In this document: in pieces, positions 46,901 to 57,240 of the stretch
Numbering within the stretch: the stretch's first letter is position 1
How the letters are laid out: each line of letters starts with the position of its first letter
IMG/VR virus record: IMGVR_UViG_3300025405_000009
Location: 134,848-198,847 of that record
Length of the DNA: 64,000 nt
Strand: one strand, 5' to 3'
Source: a virus
The notes under the pieces: model-generated
Seen by the model: only the letters and a program-made list of their open reading frames with translations
What the model was told of the DNA's origin: nothing
Database searches by the model: none
Translations under genes and position numbers: made by a program

Positions 46901-48370
46901 GGATGCAATAATACCTTAAATAGACCAGGCAACTTCTTAACAAATGTGTTTGTTATAGGTTCAAATATAAACCCAACTACATCGAATTACACATATGTTA
47001 ATAATTTAAGCGTTGCTGGTCAGGCATATGCAAATGGCGTATTATTAGGAAGCGGTGGAGGTAGTAACGTATCAGGATTAACTGGAAACTGGCAAAATAC
47101 ATATACTACAGTATCAGCTAATTCAGCTAATTGGACAAGCGCGTATACTCTTCTCAATACCACGACAGCTACTACGTTTAATGTTAACGTCTTGAGTGCA
47201 AAGAGCGCTTTCTTAGGTACAACGTCAGTAATAGCAGCTTTAAATTCCGCTCCCTTAACAATAACAAGTGCAGCTAGTGGTTCGGTCTTTAATGCTATAC
47301 AAAATACGTTTGCCGGTGTTAGTGCAAGTACAGACGTTTCTCTATACAATGACGATAGTATTAACTACCTTGATTTAGGTATAGCGAGTACAAAGTATAA
47401 TGGTAATCTTTACAGTCCAGTGTTTAATGTTGTAAGGGGCGGTGATTCATATGCATACGCTACAAGTGGTAACTTCGTATTAGGTGCAGCTAATGCAAAT
47501 GGTAACTTAACGTTCTTCACTGGTGGTACTCTAAGCGGTGCTGCTGGTAATGAGAGAATGAGAATCACTAATACCGGTTTTGTTGGTGTCAGTACATTAT
47601 CTCCTAATCAAGCTCTAACTGTTGTTGGCAATATTAGTGCAACCGGTAATACAATCCATGCTGGGTCATGGAATAATAGTGTATATACAGGGGTCAGTGG
47701 TGATGGTGTTATTATTGATTACCTTCAAGGCTCTCCTGGTTTAGGTAGAATTAGTGTTGGTAATGGAACAGGAGCTGACTCATTAGCTTTTTATAATAAC
47801 GGACCCGGTCAGTCAACACCGACAGCTACAATGTATCTGTCAACTAATGGATTTGTTGGTATCGGTACAACAACACCTAATACTAATTTAACAGTTAATG
47901 GTAGTATAAGTGCTGCGCAGGTCTATGCTAATTTAAATGGAGGAAATGCAACAACAGTAGGCTTTGGAACAACAGCATTAAATGGATTTAATTTTAAAGG
48001 TGCTTTCGGATCATCGACAGGTGTTCTATTCACTGTACCTGCTGGTAAGATATTTTTCCCAGATTCAATAGTCTATATTATAGATACAAAGACTGGTGGA
48101 ACAGGAATTGGTGACACGATGACAGTAATGCGTGTATATTGGGCTGATGGAACAACACAAGTTTCTAATCAATACGCACCTCCTGTTCTAACAGGACAAG
48201 TTAATGCAGGTGATTACTTTAGAGGTTCCTTAGTTATATCTGCCGCATCAAAGAGCTATGTACCAGGAGGAACAAGTGTAATAGCTAAGATTGATGCTGC
48301 TTATGTTAATGGCGGTACACCAACAACAACTCTATCTGGTAGAGTGTTTATTACAGGTACATTAATTTAA
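43934..48370 (+). CDS. Largest Cys-rich fibre protein (1478 aa)
   Basis: Two YNGN.Y modules, W-x3-Y stalk, long Cys/Asn beta-roll. Confidence 0.75.
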   Translation: MAKLLGGTTVYGLLSTTGTVYASAAQIGSTTPIAALNISPLTITAAASGSVFNQIQNTVAGVSASTDVALYNDLLTNYVDIGINSSKYNGNIYFPAFNIIGPNDSYFFATTGNISVGNTGSTGDLIFHTGGSLSGTSGNSGNERMRIVNVNTATNGGFVGINTSTPNQQLTVAGTISASTAVYANGVLLGSGGGTIDTGVRAITGNWQNTYTTVSSFSANWNNSYSTLTANSAFWSNVYTTVCAYSANWSSAYTNLTANSATWQNTYTTVSSNSANWQNTYTTLSTNSGTWVTYSNLNTGSFVKYTDINTVSGTWNNAYTTLTANSAYWSNAYTTVCAYSAGWGSSGSTVDTGVRALTGNWQNTYTTVSANSAKWSSAYTLLNTSTATTFRVNNLSADGNICAPYFYGGYFSGDGSGLTNIQPQGPYYCNVVNHNICTLDNNFATGGYSAILGGCNNNTSAGCSTILGGTFNNVTSGYSTILGGNHNTILSGGYNTIVSGLSNVVSGPYSSIVSGLSNVVLGPYSSVINGICNAIYTSNNTNSTYNTIINGCQNNICVVGDSTAYISFAKMAGFKNTILLKNNTVNPVLPVRINDANIDGINNCVKQCGDSSFIDTVSIRGCSNFITLSACCASLYDSHIIGSAYSGTTNSAYYSNICDSNIIGSNGSGIHLLTPCSNIQDSNIIGSRSSNICQGLTNSGQYGSITGTSILGGFFNTVVTDGGGAVNFTAIITGQVNNITNSGYNSVVNASTVTGFGNNITISGQYANVSQVYATGAYNLLKTCCDRTNISYATINGCNNCINAINCCAAICYSTITNGNNNTITNSGYYNYNGNNYTFINNGCNNLICTQTYGCLDSVGIASGCLNNITASGYCQVSHLAHCGLIKNATIANGNNNRLFSCGCCVNATLSGAFVTGTNNAICNTASCYYASNIYDVTLLGGQSNCISSLGGGSGTGVSQVCYSSIFGGTNNCIITTAGAQVCYSAILGGCNNTLNRPGNFLTNVFVIGSNINPTTSNYTYVNNLSVAGQAYANGVLLGSGGGSNVSGLTGNWQNTYTTVSANSANWTSAYTLLNTTTATTFNVNVLSAKSAFLGTTSVIAALNSAPLTITSAASGSVFNAIQNTFAGVSASTDVSLYNDDSINYLDLGIASTKYNGNLYSPVFNVVRGGDSYAYATSGNFVLGAANANGNLTFFTGGTLSGAAGNERMRITNTGFVGVSTLSPNQALTVVGNISATGNTIHAGSWNNSVYTGVSGDGVIIDYLQGSPGLGRISVGNGTGADSLAFYNNGPGQSTPTATMYLSTNGFVGIGTTTPNTNLTVNGSISAAQVYANLNGGNATTVGFGTTALNGFNFKGAFGSSTGVLFTVPAGKIFFPDSIVYIIDTKTGGTGIGDTMTVMRVYWADGTTQVSNQYAPPVLTGQVNAGDYFRGSLVISAASKSYVPGGTSVIAKIDAAYVNGGTPTTTLSGRVFITGTLI

Positions 48371-48418
48371 AAATACATAATTAATAGTTAGTAAGCAGTT
48401 TGACATAAATATTAATAC

Positions 48419-50059
48419 ATGTCAAACCTTAGAATTTCTGAATTAGCTATATGTAATAATCCAGCAGCATGTGATCTTATACCTGTTGTAACTGGTAATT
48501 GTAGTACGACATCAAGAGTTTCCATCTCTGCTGCAGCTATAGCAATTGGGAGTATATTAGGAACTCCAACTTTAGTACAGAGTGTTAGTGGATTTGTACC
48601 TGTTTTAGGTAATAATACATCATCAGGTTATTTTTCTAATGTTTTAGGTGGTAGATTAAACAGTGTTGGTGGTAATATATCAACAATTGTTAGCGGATTG
48701 AGTAATACTAATACCGGTCAATGTGCTACTATTGTTGGTGGTTGTTGTAACTATGTCTCTTCAAATCTTTCTTTTGTAGCTGGTGGTAATAATAATTGTA
48801 TTACAGCTTCAGGTGTTGGTAATATAATTGGATCAGGTGCTAGTAATTGTATTTACGGTGGTTCAGGATGCAGTGTTATTGGTGGTGGTACTTCAAACTG
48901 TATTAATACAAATGGTAATATTGTTGTAGCAGGCGGTAATTTAAATGTAGGTACAGGTATAGCTGCTGCAATTCATGGTGGTGGACGTAATACAGTTTCT
49001 GGTAATTACTCATCCATAGGTGGTGGTAGTTGTAGTAATGTTTCCGGATGTTGTTCTAGTATTGTCGGTGGTCAGTGTAATGCAGTTACAAATAATGAAT
49101 CATTTGTAGGTGGTGGTTGCTGTAATTGTATTACTTCTTTATATTCCGTTATAAACGGAGGTAATAATAATTTTGTTAATTCTAATAATTCAGTTATTGG
49201 TGGTGGTGCTAGTAATTGTGCATGCAATGTCTATACTTTTATTGGTGGTGGATCTACAAATTGTGCTGTAGGTGCTTGTAATATTATCGTAGGTGGTAGC
49301 TCTAACTGTAGTAGTGGAGCACATTCTGTTATCCTAGGTGGTACTAACAATTGTAATACAAATAATTGTAGCTTTATTGTCGGTGCCAATATTCGCTCAT
49401 CAGCTGATAACTTTACATTTGTAAATAACCTTTCCAGTCAAGGCAAAGTATATGATGGTACAGGTTGTTCCACTAATTGGAATAATGTTTATACTACAGT
49501 GGCTGGTAATAGTGGTAATTGGTTAGCAAGTGAAGTTTACAGTATTGTAAATACAAATAATATACAACCTGTATCTGGAGGTAATTCCGCTTCCGGTGGA
49601 TATGCAAATATAGCTGGTGGACAGAACAATGTTATTAATTCTGGAGGTAGTTATAATGTAATTACTGGTGGTTTAAATAATTACATTTGTGGTAACATAT
49701 CTACTGTAGGCTCTACCTTCATAGGTGGTGGTTATAATAATTATATTGGTGGATTTGGATCATATTCAAGTATAGTCAATGGTTATAATAATTGTATTTG
49801 TGGTACTAATGGTAACGTACAATATTCCGCTATTCTTGGTGGGCAAAATAATCTTAATACAAATGCTAATAGTAATATTTTAGGATCTAATATTAAAACA
49901 TCAGCTGATAATTACACATATGTTAATAATCTTTCAACAAGTGGTGGTGGTATAATTTCAACTAATAATATAACAACTACTAACCTTTCTGCCACTTGTG
50001 TTATATCTGCTAACTTAAATCAAAATATCGCAATCTCTGCACTCATCTTCGGTGGATAA
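48419..50059 (+). CDS. Cys-rich fibre/adhesin-like protein
   Basis: MSNLRISEL N-domain; IGGG..NC repeats; two necks. Confidence 0.72.
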   Translation: MSNLRISELAICNNPAACDLIPVVTGNCSTTSRVSISAAAIAIGSILGTPTLVQSVSGFVPVLGNNTSSGYFSNVLGGRLNSVGGNISTIVSGLSNTNTGQCATIVGGCCNYVSSNLSFVAGGNNNCITASGVGNIIGSGASNCIYGGSGCSVIGGGTSNCINTNGNIVVAGGNLNVGTGIAAAIHGGGRNTVSGNYSSIGGGSCSNVSGCCSSIVGGQCNAVTNNESFVGGGCCNCITSLYSVINGGNNNFVNSNNSVIGGGASNCACNVYTFIGGGSTNCAVGACNIIVGGSSNCSSGAHSVILGGTNNCNTNNCSFIVGANIRSSADNFTFVNNLSSQGKVYDGTGCSTNWNNVYTTVAGNSGNWLASEVYSIVNTNNIQPVSGGNSASGGYANIAGGQNNVINSGGSYNVITGGLNNYICGNISTVGSTFIGGGYNNYIGGFGSYSSIVNGYNNCICGTNGNVQYSAILGGQNNLNTNANSNILGSNIKTSADNYTYVNNLSTSGGGIISTNNITTTNLSATCVISANLNQNIAISALIFGG

Positions 50060-50088
50060 AGTAAACAATCTTATAAATATAATAAACT

Positions 50089-53022
50089 GTGAAAACCGTT
50101 CTAGCCTCTAATTACTCTCCTATTTTTACACCTGGTGCTGCTAATGCCGGCACAATTAACTTCTCAGGTATACCTGGATTTGCTAATAATCGTTTAATGG
50201 CGATTATGGATCAAACACAGAATATTCTCATCTATGGAGAAGGTTTAACAGGTTACGGTGGTACTTGGGATACAACAGGAAAAATTTTAACCCTCACTGC
50301 TAGTACAGTATCATGTGCCTCTTCTGACTTACTTCAAGTAATTTTTGATTCACCCGCAATAACAACAACACCTGCTGAAGCACAATTTGATGCAATTAAT
50401 AAACAGCGTGTAATCCAACCCCAATCATTAATTGATACTGACTTTGAATACGGTTTACAGCCAGCAAAATGGGAATTTTTAAATTTAAACAATAATCGCC
50501 CAACTGCGTTCTTTAATGCAGCTCTGCCATTAACAGTAGGTGTCCTCTCAGCAAACAACACACGTACAGTTACAGTTTCAACTAATACATATCCAGGTTC
50601 TGGTGTACCTATTTTCGTACAAGAATCATACGATCCGAACGCTAATGGTTGGTTTTTAACAGATAGTGTTGGCGGTCAAGGAAATTGGTTTACCTATACT
50701 ACAACAAATCAAACAACCGTAAGTGGCAATATTTTAAATGGTAGCAGAACGTATATTTATCCCGGTAATTTCTATACACAATCTGCAATACCTGTATCGC
50801 AAGCTGCTGGTGGCTTCTTAACATATACCTCAGGTACAACAACTTTAACAGGAACTACGTTATCAGCTCACGGCTTATCTGTTAATTCACCTATCTATAT
50901 TGTCAATTGTACAACTGCAGCAGCTTATATATCTGCAATTAACGGATCATTTAATGTTCTTACTACACCAACAGCTAATACATTTACATTTAATATTAGC
51001 TCTATCTTTAATGGTACAACAATTACAGCAACAGCAGGTTTAACAGGAGCATTATTTGCTAGACCAAATGGATATGCTATTCACCGTTCTTATGATGGTG
51101 GTGTATTTTTTACCTGTGGTGCAGTCGCACCTAATACACAAGCTATTAGACAGACCCGTCGTTATTTCAGATATCAAGCTGGCAAGGGAATATCATTTAG
51201 CACAGGTACTATTCTTAAGCCTGCAATGTTTGTTGATTCATTGACAGCTAATGTACCCGGTGGTTCATTAACAAATTCTATAACAGCTACAGTTAAGTTT
51301 CCATCAGGCGTTACTACTTACGATAATGTTCTTATTAATGTTAGTGGTGTAACAAATGATCCTAATTATAACGGTACAAACTTACCTGTAACAGCTACTA
51401 TTAATCCAAATGTATTTGTCTATACAGCACCATCAATACCAACTATTTCATATGGTGTAGGTACACCAATTACCATTACACCTAATTCTTGGTATGGTCA
51501 AACATCTAGAATTGGAATGTTTGATTCACAGAATGGAGTATTTTTTGAACATGATGGTCAGACTCTTTCCGTAGTACGTCGTAGTAGTACAACTATTTTA
51601 CAAGGAACAGGTATCCTTACACAAAATACCAATATACTCTCAGGCGTAGGTACTTACTTCACTCAACAATTAGTCCCAGGTTCGTTTATTGTATTAAGAG
51701 GACAGAGTTATAGAGTACTATCTATTCCTAGTGATACCCAGCTTACAATGTCACCTGAGTATAGAGGTGTAAGTGAAACAGGTGGAGTTATTATTGCAAA
51801 GACAATTGATTTAAAGATTCCTCAAAGTCAATGGAATCTCGATAAAATGGATGGTACGGGTCCTAGTGGATATACTATTGACTTAACGAAAATGCAAATG
51901 TTCTGTATTGATTATTCTTGGTATGGTGCAGGATTTATTCGATGGGGATTACGTGCTGCTGACGGTAGTTATACCTATTGTCATAAAATGTTAAACAATA
52001 ATGTTAATACAGTCGCGTACATGCGTGCTGGTAATCTACCTGCACGTTATGAAGAGAATACAATTCAACCAATTACAACAATCACAGGTACAGTTAACTC
52101 CAGCGACACAGTAGTCAATGTAGCAAATGTTTCTGGATTTCCTCCCTCTGGAACAGCACGCATTATGGCACCTGGGTCCACTGGTGTAATAGAATATATT
52201 ACATATGGTAGTACACAAAGTAGCGGTGGTTTAACAGCATTGAAATCAGTAACAAGAGGCGTATTCGGTGGTAGCCAAGCTACAACATTTACATACAACG
52301 CCGCAGCCCCTATAGCTGTTGAATTAGCTGGAGCACCACCAGCAGCAGCTCTTAGCCATTGGGGCTCAAGTGTTATCATGGAAGGTCAGTATCAAACAGA
52401 TCTTGTCTATTCTTTTAATACAGGCTCTCAGGATGCTGGTACAGCATCCTTATCAGCAATTACAACAGTAGCACCTAACGTAACAGTTCCATTATTGAGT
52501 ATTCGACTTGCACCTAGTGTTGATTCAGGTAAGACCGGTCTTCTTGGAGCCAAGGAAGTCATTAACAGAATGCAGCTCAAGTTACAGAGCATGGATGCAA
52601 TAACAAACGGATTATTTAGATTGAGTCTAGTTCTCAACGGTAATATATATACCAATCAACCTTGGGTACCAGTAACAAATCCTGGTACTACTATTAACTC
52701 AAGTTTAGCTCAGGTTTGTTATCATTCTAATAATGTTTTTGGTACTTCAATAAAAGATACATTATCAGGTGGTGAATCAATCTTTGGTTTCTATACTGCT
52801 TCTAACTCAAATACAGGTTATAATGAAACAACATACGATCTTACATCAGTAAGAGATCTCGGAACATCTGCTATCGGTGGCGGTACTAACTCCATACCAT
52901 CAAATAATGGCTATAATGTATATCCGGATGGACCTGACGTTGTAACTGTTCTTGCTACAAATCTCGGTACAACCACTCAGGGTATTGGTGTAAGATTATC
53001 TTGGGCTGAATCACAGTCTTAA
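50089..53022 (+). CDS. Large virion structural protein
   Basis: DTDFEYGLQP.KWE, RQTRRYFRYQAGKG, WNLDKMDGTGPSG, DYSWYGAGFIRWG; TATAAATA 50072-50079. Confidence 0.72.
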   Translation: MKTVLASNYSPIFTPGAANAGTINFSGIPGFANNRLMAIMDQTQNILIYGEGLTGYGGTWDTTGKILTLTASTVSCASSDLLQVIFDSPAITTTPAEAQFDAINKQRVIQPQSLIDTDFEYGLQPAKWEFLNLNNNRPTAFFNAALPLTVGVLSANNTRTVTVSTNTYPGSGVPIFVQESYDPNANGWFLTDSVGGQGNWFTYTTTNQTTVSGNILNGSRTYIYPGNFYTQSAIPVSQAAGGFLTYTSGTTTLTGTTLSAHGLSVNSPIYIVNCTTAAAYISAINGSFNVLTTPTANTFTFNISSIFNGTTITATAGLTGALFARPNGYAIHRSYDGGVFFTCGAVAPNTQAIRQTRRYFRYQAGKGISFSTGTILKPAMFVDSLTANVPGGSLTNSITATVKFPSGVTTYDNVLINVSGVTNDPNYNGTNLPVTATINPNVFVYTAPSIPTISYGVGTPITITPNSWYGQTSRIGMFDSQNGVFFEHDGQTLSVVRRSSTTILQGTGILTQNTNILSGVGTYFTQQLVPGSFIVLRGQSYRVLSIPSDTQLTMSPEYRGVSETGGVIIAKTIDLKIPQSQWNLDKMDGTGPSGYTIDLTKMQMFCIDYSWYGAGFIRWGLRAADGSYTYCHKMLNNNVNTVAYMRAGNLPARYEENTIQPITTITGTVNSSDTVVNVANVSGFPPSGTARIMAPGSTGVIEYITYGSTQSSGGLTALKSVTRGVFGGSQATTFTYNAAAPIAVELAGAPPAAALSHWGSSVIMEGQYQTDLVYSFNTGSQDAGTASLSAITTVAPNVTVPLLSIRLAPSVDSGKTGLLGAKEVINRMQLKLQSMDAITNGLFRLSLVLNGNIYTNQPWVPVTNPGTTINSSLAQVCYHSNNVFGTSIKDTLSGGESIFGFYTASNSNTGYNETTYDLTSVRDLGTSAIGGGTNSIPSNNGYNVYPDGPDVVTVLATNLGTTTQGIGVRLSWAESQS

Positions 53023-53064
53023 TTTTCTTCTTGCAGTATTTTTAGATTCCTATATTATTGTGGA

Positions 53065-53325
53065 ATGATTAATACCTGCCGTACCTGTGATAATACAATT
53101 GAAGCCGAGCGTCTAGAAATTCTTCCTAATACCCTATTCTGCGCAGCTTGTGCGAATAAGCATAATATTGTTAAGCCTAGGAAGGGAGTTATGTGCTATG
53201 GTCATAAGACCGGGGGAGAAATTCAAATCATGTCCGCAGATCTTTACGAAAGAGAGAAACAATACTACGTACCGAATGGGGCGAGAAGTGTAATGAAGAA
53301 TTTTAGTAAGAGTATCTGCGCTTAA
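53065..53325 (+). CDS. TraR/DksA-type C4 zinc finger protein
   Basis: CRTCDNTIEAERLEILPNTLFCAAC; leaderless from TTGCAG-N16-TATTAT (53031-53058). Confidence 0.8.
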   Translation: MINTCRTCDNTIEAERLEILPNTLFCAACANKHNIVKPRKGVMCYGHKTGGEIQIMSADLYEREKQYYVPNGARSVMKNFSKSICA

Positions 53326-53363
53326 TTCTTGCTATTTCCTAAAAAATATACAATAATAGAATT

Positions 53364-53564
53364 ATGACAATTAAATCTCTAGATGGCTTTACTGTTGATC
53401 AACTTAAAAATGCTCTTATTGCTGTACGTTCAGAGGCCGATAAGAATATGAGTGAGCTCATTAAGGCGAGAAAGGAAATTAAAGATTTAACTAAACGTTT
53501 TAATAATTTTGAACAGGATCGAGTAGAAGTTACAACAAATAATCATCGCTTTTCTATTCATTGA
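53364..53564 (+). CDS. Small coiled-coil hypothetical
   Basis: ORF track. Confidence 0.6.
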   Translation: MTIKSLDGFTVDQLKNALIAVRSEADKNMSELIKARKEIKDLTKRFNNFEQDRVEVTTNNHRFSIH

Positions 53565-53598
53565 TTTGTTATTATAGATTTATAAATAAACTTAATCT

Positions 53599-56064
53599 GT
53601 GAATAATTTAACACCAAGAGCACAGCAAGCTCTAGCCCTTGCAAAGAAAGAAGCCGAGCGACTAGAGAGTGGCTATGTTGGTACAGAGCATATCCTTTTG
53701 GGTATTCTTCGACTTAATCAAGGTCTTGCTGTTAATGTATTAAAGAAAATTGTTTCAGATGTTAGTATAATCTTTGAAGAGATTGAAAAGCACGCTGCAG
53801 GCAATGCAAAAAAGTTACCCTCTATCATTTACTCTCCTCGTGCTAACAAAGTACTTGTTCTAGCTGGAAGAGAAGCCAAGGCTCTCGGTCATACTTATAT
53901 TGGTACTGAACATCTTCTTCTTGGTCTTATTAAAGAAAAAGATGGAATGGCAGCTACTATTCTACATAAACTCAATGTTGATCTTAATATTGTACGTCAG
54001 GAAATTGTAAATGAATTAAATCCTTCTGTTCTTCCTTTTGATGAAGATGAAGATGAAGATGATGACAAGTATCAATCTGTAGGTGCTGGTAGTAAGGGAA
54101 GTAAAACAGATAGTAAGACACCAGCTTTAGATGTATTTGCAAGAGATATTACAAAACTTGCTAAAGAGAATAAACTTGATCCTGTTGTAGGACGTGAGCG
54201 AGAGATTGAACGAATGATTCAAATTCTCTGTCGTCGTAGTAAGAACAATCCTGTTTTAATTGGTGAAGCAGGTGTAGGTAAAACTGCTATTGTGGAAGGA
54301 CTTGCACAAAGAATTGTACAGGAAGAAGTACCATCAATTATTGCTAACAAAGAGATTCTAGCATTAGATCTTACTCTTATGGTTGCTGGTACAAAGTATC
54401 GTGGTCAATTTGAAGAACGTATTAAAACAGTAATGCAGGAGGTAAAGACGAGAGGAGATGTTATTCTCTTTATTGATGAATTACATACAATGGTAGGAGC
54501 AGGTTCAGCAGAGGGTACAATGGATGCTTCTAATATTCTTAAGCCTGCACTTAGTCGCGGAGAGATTCAATGTATTGGTGCTACTACATTTAACGAGTAT
54601 AGAAAGTATATTGAGAAAGATCAGGCCTTAGAACGACGATTTCAATCAATTACTGTTAATCCACCAACAGTAGAACAAGCTGTTCAGATTCTCAGTGGAC
54701 TTCGTCAACGATATGAAGTCCATCATGGTGTCATTATACCAGATACTGTTATTAAGGAAATGGTTAAATGTTCAGATCGTTATCTTCCTTCACGTTTTCT
54801 ACCTGATAAGGCTATAGACATTATGGATGAAACAGGATCGAGAGCTAGAATTTCAGCTCTTTCTACTTCAGAGGAAGTTGTTAATCTTAATAACCAAATT
54901 AAAGAAATCGTAATAGAAAAGGAACGTCTTGTAGCTAATCAAGAGTTTGAACAAGCAGCAAAGGCTCGTGATAAAGAACAGAGTTTGATTGTTAAACGTG
55001 ATAAGGCTAAGAAGGAATGGGTTGAGAAGAGAGAACATGCTGATATTATTCTTGATCGTGAAGATGTATTAACAACTCTATCCACAATTACTGGTATTCC
55101 TCTTAATGAACTTAGAGAGTCTGGTAAGGAAGAGCTTCTTCGATTGGAAGAAACACTATCTAAAACAATTATTGGACAGAATGAAGCTATTAAAGAAGTC
55201 TCACGTATTCTTAAGAAAGGTAGACTTGATCTTAAAGACCCAAAACGTCCTACAGGTTCCTTTATATTCTTTGGACCTACTGGTGTCGGAAAAACTTATC
55301 TAGCTCAAACTATCGCTGATATTGTCTATAAGAACAAAGATGCTCTTATTAAGATTGATATGTCAGAGTATATGGAAAAGTTTGCTCTCTCTAGACTTAT
55401 TGGCTCACCTCCAGGTTATGTTGGGTATGGAGAGGGAGGTCAATTAACAGAAAAGATTCGTCGTAATCCATATAGTGTAGTATTGTTGGATGAGGTTGAG
55501 AAGGCTCATCCTGATGTACTTCATCTTTTACTTCAAGTCTTAGAGGATGGTACATTAACTGATGGAGAAGGTCGTAAGGTAGACTTCAGACATACAGTTA
55601 TTATTATGACATCCAATCTTGGTGCCGAGGCTTTAACTAGTACAAAGGATAAATCTATGGGATTTAATGCTCATAAGCTTCCTAATGGTAAGTCGAGTTC
55701 AAGAGAGAGTGTAATTGAGGAAGCAAAGAAACACTTTAAACCAGAACTCTTAAACCGTATTGATGGGTTGATTGTCTTTAATAAGCTAGAAAATGATAGT
55801 ATTAAGAAGGTTATTGCTCTTGAAGTCAATAAAGTTCTTAGTCGTATTGAACAGAATCATAAACTTACTCTTACTGTAAATAATGATGTACTTGACTACT
55901 TGGTAGAATCAAAGTATGACAAACAATATGGGGCTAGAGGTATTCGTCGATTGGTAGAGCACGAGATTGAAGACTTTCTTGCTGAAGAGTTATTAAAGAA
56001 TAACCTTAAGAACAAATATAAGATTGGTCTTAAGGATAAAGTAATTACAATTTTAAAGAAATAA
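53599..56064 (+). CDS. clpC: ATP-dependent Clp protease ATPase subunit, ClpC-type
   Basis: Two GTEH.LLG N-repeats, GEAGVGKT and GPTGVGKT Walker A motifs, UVR middle domain, MGF ClpP-docking loop. Confidence 0.92.
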   Translation: MNNLTPRAQQALALAKKEAERLESGYVGTEHILLGILRLNQGLAVNVLKKIVSDVSIIFEEIEKHAAGNAKKLPSIIYSPRANKVLVLAGREAKALGHTYIGTEHLLLGLIKEKDGMAATILHKLNVDLNIVRQEIVNELNPSVLPFDEDEDEDDDKYQSVGAGSKGSKTDSKTPALDVFARDITKLAKENKLDPVVGREREIERMIQILCRRSKNNPVLIGEAGVGKTAIVEGLAQRIVQEEVPSIIANKEILALDLTLMVAGTKYRGQFEERIKTVMQEVKTRGDVILFIDELHTMVGAGSAEGTMDASNILKPALSRGEIQCIGATTFNEYRKYIEKDQALERRFQSITVNPPTVEQAVQILSGLRQRYEVHHGVIIPDTVIKEMVKCSDRYLPSRFLPDKAIDIMDETGSRARISALSTSEEVVNLNNQIKEIVIEKERLVANQEFEQAAKARDKEQSLIVKRDKAKKEWVEKREHADIILDREDVLTTLSTITGIPLNELRESGKEELLRLEETLSKTIIGQNEAIKEVSRILKKGRLDLKDPKRPTGSFIFFGPTGVGKTYLAQTIADIVYKNKDALIKIDMSEYMEKFALSRLIGSPPGYVGYGEGGQLTEKIRRNPYSVVLLDEVEKAHPDVLHLLLQVLEDGTLTDGEGRKVDFRHTVIIMTSNLGAEALTSTKDKSMGFNAHKLPNGKSSSRESVIEEAKKHFKPELLNRIDGLIVFNKLENDSIKKVIALEVNKVLSRIEQNHKLTLTVNNDVLDYLVESKYDKQYGARGIRRLVEHEIEDFLAEELLKNNLKNKYKIGLKDKVITILKK

Positions 56065-56140
56065 TTCTTGCATCTTCATATAATTCTTATTATTATATAT
56101 TTCTCAATAATGAACCAAAATACAAATACAAAATAACACC

Positions 56141-56452
56141 ATGACAGTCAAAGAATATCTTAATGATGTATTTCTCCTCGATAGCGTACAGAACGATATC
56201 GAATTTTATAAACTAGCAGTTCAAGGCAAAGGAGAACTTATTGCCGAGTATACTTCTATAGACGGATCTGTAAATCTTATTCATACAGATAGAAGTGGAA
56301 GGTATTTCAATTACTTTATTGCTTCTCTTAATGAGCTTCGGGAAACAGTTGATTACTGTCTCGGACCTATTGTTACCGATAATCAATGGCAGAAAGCAAC
56401 AACTAGTACTATTAATATTGAAGATGGTGAAGATTGGGATCTTATTGATTAA
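56141..56452 (+). CDS. Hypothetical protein
   Basis: ORF track; TTGCAT-N17-TATTAT at 56068-56096. Confidence 0.65.
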   Translation: MTVKEYLNDVFLLDSVQNDIEFYKLAVQGKGELIAEYTSIDGSVNLIHTDRSGRYFNYFIASLNELRETVDYCLGPIVTDNQWQKATTSTINIEDGEDWDLID

Positions 56453-56499
56453 CCTTTAAAACTAGTTGCTTTAATCTATCTAAATTGTAAATACTCTAT

Positions 56500-56703
56500 A
56501 TGACAAAACCAGCAGCAACAACCGACGAAGCTCTAGCTAGCCTTCAGCTTCAGATTAACACCCTCAATGAAACCATTGCAGGTCTTCAAAAGAACATTCT
56601 TGTTCTTGATACAAATCTTCAGAAGATTTACAGCGCCTTTAATACTCAGGTAGTAAAGAAGCCAGTAGCACAGCCTCCTCTTCCTAACGGCGGCTGGTTG
56701 TAA
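56500..56703 (+). CDS. Coiled-coil hypothetical
   Basis: ORF track. Confidence 0.6.
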   Translation: MTKPAATTDEALASLQLQINTLNETIAGLQKNILVLDTNLQKIYSAFNTQVVKKPVAQPPLPNGGWL

Positions 56704-56705
56704 GA

Positions 56706-57044
56706 ATGAAGCAGGTATCAATTAGATATACTGAGATACCTGGTAACAATTACCCCTGGTCATCCATTGAGGAACTCGATGAGATGGCCGGGGTTTATTA
56801 TCGGTCAACTGTTCTCTTTCCTGGTAAACAAGATTTTGAAAAAATCTATGATATTATCTATCCTGAAAAACTTGAACAGTTTTTAACTAAAAACAGCGAG
56901 TACATTGCTGAGTACTATTATAAAGAAGAGGGTTTTGATCTTCCGGATAGAACTAAAGTACAAAAAATAGATGTAAAGATGGATGATCCTGAAGATATTG
57001 CAAAGGGTCTTGAGGATGCTATAACGAGAACAACTAATATATAA
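56706..57044 (+). CDS. Hypothetical protein
   Basis: ORF track. Confidence 0.65.
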   Translation: MKQVSIRYTEIPGNNYPWSSIEELDEMAGVYYRSTVLFPGKQDFEKIYDIIYPEKLEQFLTKNSEYIAEYYYKEEGFDLPDRTKVQKIDVKMDDPEDIAKGLEDAITRTTNI

Positions 57045-57048
57045 TATT

Positions 57049-57216
57049 ATGGATAGTGAGGTAACATTTTTACGGGAAGCTGTATATGATTTAACTAAAG
57101 AAAACTTGTCTCTTAAACAAGTAATTGAAGATCTTGAGGCTGAAACTCAACAGCTAAAAGATATGTTAAAAGCTAATAGAGCGAGAACAGCTGAAATAAT
57201 TAATACCGCAAAATAG
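57049..57216 (+). CDS. Small coiled-coil protein (55 aa)
   Basis: Manual translation MDSEVTFLREAVYDLTKENLSLKQVIEDLE... Confidence 0.55.
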   Translation: MDSEVTFLREAVYDLTKENLSLKQVIEDLEAETQQLKDMLKANRARTAEIINTAK

Positions 57217-57240
57217 CGGTTATTATATTAAATATAGGTA

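Noticed and set aside
36590-48370. CRISPR array or non-coding tandem repeats
   Set aside because: Repeats are degenerate, in frame and encode protein repeats; no constant repeat with unique spacers and no cas genes.
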